A DNA stretch of 63,566 nt, the filler included, from Platydemus manokwari (lineage: Eukaryota): the NCBI GenBank assembly GCA_037951405.1. It is 5 parts of 5 records of this genome, joined end to end, with 100 filler letters (N's around TTAATTAATTAA, not from the genome) between each part and the next. Parts side by side here need not be neighbours in the genome. Positions count along the whole stretch, not along the records: positions 54,641 to 63,566 come from JBBMOY011328317.1; 4 more parts are not named here. One strand, written 5' to 3'. Of the stretch, positions 56,433 through 63,566 are shown piece after piece. Each line of letters begins with the position of its first letter. Position 1 is the first letter of the stretch. Under the pieces are notes generated by a model. It made no database searches and had not been told where the DNA came from. It was given only the letters and a program-made list of their open reading frames with translations. Position numbers and translations under genes: made by a program.

Positions 56433-59392
56433 AGTAGAAACATAAGTCGTTTTTATAAATATTTTATTCTATTTTCAAAATCACACCGTTTGTTTTTTAA
56501 TAGTAAAACGAATCTCTTATTTTTATCTAACTTATCTCTCCCGTTGTTTTTGAGTTCCTTTTTAGCCATTCAATTCTTCGAGGTTTTGGCTGTCCCTAAA
56601 AATCAAGAAGAACTTGATGTGGACTTGAAAATTTCAAAATTATGTGAGGACATTCATAACGATCTCCGTTCTTCTTTATCTTACGTTGATGTTTCTTCAA
56701 TAAAACTTCTTCAACTGTGAAAATTCTACAACCTCTTTTTATAGCATCGTACTTCTTTAAGTTTGTGACTATGGATCTTTCCTGATTTTCTGTTTCTTTA
56801 ATGATCTGGTCGTGATGCCTTGGTTCATTTAGTCGTAACTCATACATATAAAGGAGAATGTTGAATTGAACTCTGATATGTTGCATTGGTGATGAATTCA
56901 ATCAGCGATATTAATTTATCCCAAACCTGTTTCTCTGATGCCATCGTTGTTACCATTATGTCTCGCACCGTCCTTATCATCCTTTCGGTTAACCCACTTG
57001 CCTGATGTTGGTGTGGAGGGGTAAATTCCTGTTTTATTTGAATACGTATTGCTAATTCTTTCATTTCCCTTCGAATACTCTATCCCGATCAATGAGCACT
57101 GATTTTGGGACACCATACTTATAGATCTATTTATCGATGATGGCCTTCAAAATACTTGTTTCATCCTCTCGAATAAATGGCACCAAGCTTACTAACTTAC
57201 TGAATCTATCTACTATAACCAACAATCATCTGGTTTTAGTCATAAATTCCCCAAAGTCCGAAACGACGACAACGATCTGTTCCAGAAGGCCAAACTCTCC
57301 CTCGGAATCATAATCTCTTTAGTCCGTCCAATGTATACCTTCAGTTTAGCACAAATATCACAATTCCGTACTTCATGCTCAATGCTTCGTGACATATTTG
57401 GCTAGAAGTAAATTTTTTGAATATAATCGACCAATTTCTTATTACCAATATGGCACAACTCCTCATGAAGGTATCTCGTAAGTTACTGCGAATAAATCTC
57501 TGGTACAACAATTAGCTTATTTCCATTCTCATTATACACCATCATATCTTCAAACAATTCATTCATGTTTCTCTAAACTGTTAAAATATTTGCTTTTCTT
57601 GACCTCTGTTTCTGTTTTTCTTAACCATTTTCGAATGGAACCAACGACAGCATCTTCTTGTTGAATCTTTCTTATTTCGTCAATTTTTCAATTGAATGCT
57701 CGACAACTTTAATAAACCGAGTTTTTGGTTTACCTTCTTTAGCTCCCTGGTGCTGAGTTAAGCATTATGAACAAAATGCTTCGCCTATTCTTGAGAGTCC
57801 ATCAGCATTTCCATGACCTCATCCTTTCCTATATTGCAGTTAAGAATTCTAGAACCATAGTATTCATAGTATTCATTGGACCCTGAAACGTTGCTGGCGC
57901 GGTACATAATCCAGAAGGTAGTCTGCCCAGTTCTGGTGCTGAGCGTCGTTTTCATTTTAGAATCTTACTCAAATTCAACCTGATTATATGCTTGGCCTAA
58001 ATCTATTTTGGAGCAAACTTTTGCGCTATACACTGAGTCCAATAACGTTTGAATGTCAGATACCGGAAAAGAAAACCTCTCAGTCTGTTCGTTTAATTTT
58101 CTGAAGTCTAAACACATCCTTATCGATCCATCTTTTTAAGGAACCACGACCAAAGGAGAGTTCCAAGAGCTATTGCAAGCTGTTATGGTAATACTTTTTA
58201 GAAGATTTTCTATCAATTCATGCATTTTGGTTTCTCAATTTTTAGGCTGCCCTCTGGGGTTTTGAGCAATAGGTTCTCCTTTTGTACGGATCTCGTGCTT
58301 TTCCAATTTTGTTAGTCCCAAATCAAACCGAGAAGCCATAAAAATTGAGCTTATTTTCTTTTATACATCTATTCAATGAAATATCGTTCTTATTAGTAAT
58401 ACTCTTCAGTGCTATTCTGTCTTGGTCGCTGTATTTCTTTCTCACATTCTTGACATCAATTGATTTTATTCCTGCAAGGATAATTCTAAAAGTCTTCATC
58501 ATATCAACTCCCCTGATAAATCCTGGTGAAATTTCTTTTACTGCAATGATCTCTTGTACTAGACTTTTGTAGTTTCAAACTATTGGGATCCTTATCTTCC
58601 TTACACACGATTTGTGTGTATTGGAGAATAGAACAACCTATCGAATGTCAGAATTTTTAATCTTCGGCTCTCCAATGCTCTTGTTCATTTCTGTAATTCT
58701 GCACCAGAATCTCATAACATTTCAATATGTGTACCGTTGCATTCAGTTTTACTCCACTGTCTACCATTTGCTTTCTGATACATCTGTAAATGCTTCTTCT
58801 TCCTCTTGTCATCTTTCTTTTTTACTTCTATTCTATCTCTAGCTGATATATGTCCTTTTGACTCAACCCCACTGACGAAATAAGCACAGAAGTTTGATTC
58901 CAGTTTTTTTTCTTCCATGGAAAGTGATCTAACACAATCACTTGGTTCACTTTAAGTTTGAATATCGGCTTCATCTTCTTCGTCAGGTATGCACAAAACC
59001 ATTTCTCAATTTCTTCACTTGAAACAGTTTCCGTGAAACTGCTGAATTCTTGCCACAGCTGTTTGTCGTCATCTCTCAAAAGCATAACAAATGCAAATGA
59101 TAGCTCCATTTGATTAAAAGTCGCAAAATCTTTGATTGTTTGGAACCATTTCTCAGCTTGTTGGATTGATGAATCGAAGAATGATGGTTTCGGGATTAAT
59201 AACTCCTGCGTGTTTTGGGGCAGATTCGCAGAATTTTTCAGCCTCTCTTCCAGTTTGTTTCTAGTCAAAGCGTTAATTTAAGCGTGGTCTCCAGTTAAAA
59301 GATAACTCGTTTGCATCAATATTTTATTCTATTTCAAAATTAAACCGTTTGTTTTTTAATATTTAAACAAATCTCATTTTTTTTATCTAACT
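56433..59392 (-). mobile_element. Decayed, internally deleted Ty3/Gypsy LTR retrotransposon with 100-bp LTRs
   Basis: Direct repeats at 59293-59392 and 56433-56532. PBS-like TGGAGACCACG follows the 5' LTR and a PPT GGGAGAGA precedes the 3' LTR. Gag-like ORF 58828-59268. RT motifs SWNSPLVVVP*KDGSIRMCLDFRKLN, SKIDLGQAYNQV and LPSGLCTAPATFQ; RNase H end HGNADGLSR; integrase HHCC (HEELCHIG...CDIC) and core (VIVDRFSK, QASGLTERMIRT). Order RT-RH-IN, with many stops and frameshifts. Confidence 0.9.
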
Positions 59393-60138
59393 GTTTCAAA
59401 ACATATCAACACAATGTTACCAGTGCAAGACGAGATGCGATGCATTAAAAATGGAAAACCCAAAAGAAAAAAGTCACTTTAAACGAGGAAAATGGGGCAA
59501 ATTTATCAAAGTTTATAACTCTCCTATTTAATTTAAATGGGATTTTATATCCACCTTTACGTCAGGATCTATATAATTTAAAAAAAATTTGCTTTTCAAA
59601 TTTTTCAGAATTTGCATAGTATCTCATCTTTGTCCACCGATAAAAGAAATTATTCCACATTTTCACCAATAAAAATTACTCGTTCCTTGAAAATTTTTCG
59701 AGCAATTTCTAAATCTGCTCGTGGCACCATGTGATACACACATCTCAGAGTATTATTAATATTTATTAATTCAAAAGTTATGCCATTATAATAGGATGTG
59801 CAAACACACACACGCACACACACATATATATATTGTTATGAGTCATCGCGCACGTACATATTTTATACAAAAACTGATTATGTTAGAACTAAATCGATAT
59901 CGGCATTTCAGCAATACATCTGCAAAATCATTTTTATATTTTAATAAAATAATAATAACAATAATAATGTTGATACACAATGGATAATTTGAACAATTTC
60001 TAGAAACGATAATTTTGCAATGATATTGTGCGATATATTTTTATGAGGCTGCCTGTTGAGAAATGCTATCTAATGGAATAGAACAAATCAAAAACCTAAA
60101 ATCACAAAATCTAGTTACCACAATACATAATTTGTATA

Positions 60139-63100
60139 TTAGAGTTTAATTTGCTTTTCTTCACTACATTCTTCTGAACCACCACTGCCGAATGCTTTTC
60201 GTTTCGTGAATTTCATAGACATTAATGTACTCGAAGGAATACTATTAATATTTGGTGAATTGTATCTACTTACAATTTGTCAATAAATAATAATGTTAAT
60301 TTTTAAGTTAAACATATAATAAGGCCTTAGAGATTGAATAAGAAAAATTCAATTTGGATCATGAAAATAATTATGATAAATCGAGTTATGAACTGAATAA
60401 TGATCACATCCGGTGATAAATGGAATATTATCAATAATTTAAATTTTGGAGAAACTTTCATTGTATCTATATATATTATGAATTTATAAAGGATTTTTCA
60501 AATATTGCAATCTCAAAAATTTCTAATAAAATATTCTAAATTCTTTTAAAAGTCATGAAATACATTTTTTAGAAAAAATTCAGAGAATTTTAATTGTAAC
60601 ATAAAATCAATGAAACCTATTTATTACATCGTGAAATCATTAAATTAATAATATATATATATATATAATTAATCGATAAAATAAAGTGCAAATTGTATGA
60701 CTAATCATTTATAGAATAATGATTGCACTACGCATCAATTCACCGATATAGCAGCAACGTGAAATAATTGACGAAAAAGAGATATTATCGTCATGTAAAT
60801 ATTTTAATCGATTTTATTTTGTCCATTTCATTGATGTACCGCCACTCTTTAGGTGTTTAACCTACACATTTCCCCCCTTATCTCTCGAGATCAGTTATTA
60901 AATCATTTTAAATGTAATGAAATAAATTGAAGAAATACAAGTGCAAAAATGATATCAATGTTCCTCAGTCACGAGTTTACATGTGTTGATATTTTAGAAG
61001 TGAAGGATCAAATGGGATATTGAGATATTTCCCATTCATGCCTAATGGCATTTTGCCAATTTTCTCCTGGTTGCTAGGTGATAAAAAATTAGTTCCAAAC
61101 GAACACCTGACTTTTATTGGTCGAATTACGAATATCAAAAATAGAAATTTTGAATGGCCATATGTATAATGATAAAATATTCAAGAAAATTTATCAATAA
61201 AATCAACGATATTGAACGATGAAACGATTCGAAATGGAATAAAATCGAATGTGCAATAGGACATATTTATATATTAATCAATAATGAACATATGCGAGAG
61301 CTATCGCCAATATTATTTACAAACAATTGTCAATATTCAATAAACATAATAAATCCAATATCAACACGTGGTAGCCGAATGTTGCTATATTTAGATTGAC
61401 CAATCACATTTCGAGTTCATGAATCGCTCTAATGATTGGTAATGGACCAAACATGATTGTTGATTATGTCACCCGTTATATCACCACGACAGTTGTCGGT
61501 TGTTTATTCGATAAGAATACCAAATGAGTTGACAACATCGTTTCTATGTGTAAACGAGTTCACCCGATGGTTAATTTGTTATCGATTGATTTAATTAACC
61601 ACATATTTTTAATTAAAATTAATTAAGTCAGAAATTAATTGAATTGAAAAAATTGTCTCAATTTATGCACGTGATTTCGTAAATAAAATAATCAATTAAT
61701 TAGTTCATAAATTAATTAAAATATTTACTAATTATAAATCGATATTGATGTAAGAACCAATGAAACGTATCAAAGGGGTTTATAAAATCAATATGATTAT
61801 GAGCTTATTATTATTATAAATGAAATTTAATTAATTCAATTAATCCAAACAATTAATTAATAATTGATTTAATTAATTAATTTTAATTATAAATAATTAA
61901 TTCAATAAAAAAATACTTGTTGAAAACAGAAGATGTGTGAGGTGAAGAAACCTGAGATGGAGTTTGGGGAGCTGTGCTCGTCGAATTGTTGATCAATGCC
62001 CGAACGACATCGTTTAATTTCTTAATCAATTGTCCCTTCGATGATGTCAATGAACTTTTGTCGGGGAAATTATAATCTCTCTCGTCTTGAGTACACTAAA
62101 ACACCAGAAAAAACCCACCAACAAATTATTCAACAATCGATATAAAGAGAAAAGAAATCACCAAATGATATCGGCTCAACCAATCTGGCAATATTTCAAT
62201 CAATTTCAGAGCACCTTTGAGAATGAGCTTGACAGGTGGAATGTTATGGGCGAGATTTCCTGGTGAGAGTGAAACAGAAATCAATCAAATATTCAATTAT
62301 CAATTGGATTTACTCTCTAATTTGTGGAGAATATATTCAGCCACGAACCAATGTAACTTCTCGAAATACGGGAACAGAAAGCGGTCTTCTGTTTGTAATA
62401 ATCTCTCGATCTTGTAAATTCTAAAAAATCGACGCAAAAAATCAATCCTGAAACCTTTTCAATCCAATCGGCTTACTTGAGCTGTAATGGAATGCTTAGC
62501 GAATGCAAAAAATTCCCACCAAAAACAAGACTATCTTCCAACGTATGGACGGCATGAATCCAACCAGCTGGCAACAAAATCGTATCACCAGTTTTAATTT
62601 CGAGTTTATAAACTTCTGCCAGATTTTTGGAAGAAAATTTTTTTATTTGATCTGGAAAATAGAGCAAACGATTGTTGTATTCACCCATCCAACTTGTGTA
62701 CGCTTTGATATATCTCTTTCTAGGTGGGATTAAGTAGAAAACTTTGTGTCCCTGACAATTGTTATCAAATAAATCATTAAACATCACCATGATAAAATCT
62801 CACTGAGAAAACATGGTACCAAACAGATGAACCACCAAAATCGATGTGGTAATCAGTCCAGCTATCTTTCATGCTCATTAAACAATACTTTTGAACTGAT
62901 GGCTTATTGGCAATTTGATAAGAATTATCACAAGGCCATAACTTCTCAACAATACTCATTTCTTTAATCACATATGGCGGTTCAACAAGATGAGCAATAC
63001 TATAAATTTCTCGGTGAATAATACAATTCAACATTACAAAAATTACTTGGTATGTGAAATTTCTAAACTCAAAACATTCAAAAGTTTAGAACGTGGTTCT

Positions 63101-63468
63101 TTTTCACGAAAATAAGTCAAAAAATCATCAAATCTCATTTTAAATTGATCTTGTTTGACAACATCAATGACATCTAATATGTATCCACTTCCTAAATTTC
63201 GTCCAATATCTTCAATAGAAAATGGGGACTCTGGAACTACAATTCTTAAGCCTTTCTTTTTATGAATAATAATCGGTTTCGTAAAACCATTCTTGATAAA
63301 ATAATCCTCAGTAACGTCTTTTCCACGTAATTCCTTAAGTTGCTCACCAATTCTATTCGAAACAACAATTTATTTTTAAATCAAACTATCGACTTACGGT
63401 AAGGAAGGTTTTTCTAATAAAAATTCTAAAAATTCCTTTGTTCCGGACAATGGCATTTTTTCAATACA
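60139..63468 (-). CDS. KDM7: JmjC histone demethylase, KDM7/PHF8-type, 5' partial
   Basis: Motifs [80 protein letters not shown] and [13 protein letters not shown]; Fe ligands H-x-D...H are intact. Upstream motifs fit KDM7/PHF8 better than KDM2. The 3' exons (~61917-62095, ~60981-61074, ~60139-60267) are inferred by phase. Confidence 0.85.
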
Positions 63469-63566
63469 CTAATAATTACAAATTTAAATATACTAAAAAT
63501 AGTGTTCCTAAAACTGATGCCAAAAGGTAATTATACTAGATACTAAAAAAGAAAATTTATAAAAAA

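Overview
Very AT-rich eukaryotic (metazoan, invertebrate-like) genomic DNA with many short introns of about 43-59 bp. It is not one continuous locus: five contigs (1-18314, 18415-28786, 28887-41441, 41542-54540, 54641-63566) are joined by identical 100-bp artificial spacers (44N-TTAATTAATTAA-44N). Host genes: a divergent LRP5/6 (arrow)-type Wnt co-receptor (+), a one-repeat-per-exon ankyrin-repeat gene (+, 3' partial), a complete beta-spectrin (-), the stalk and WD40 half of a KIF21-type kinesin (-, motor absent) and a KDM7/PHF8-type JmjC demethylase (-, 5' partial). Mobile relics: a pogo/Tigger derivative, Gypsy integrase fragments and an internally deleted Gypsy element with 100-bp AGT...ACT LTRs. 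The most unusual segment is 18415-19765. There a Polinton/adintovirus-like zinc-finger ORF and an AGTAG...CTACT nested inverted-repeat structure sit directly beside a pseudogenised chuvirus-type (class III, gB-like) envelope glycoprotein. All exon models and family calls were made by eye, without searches.
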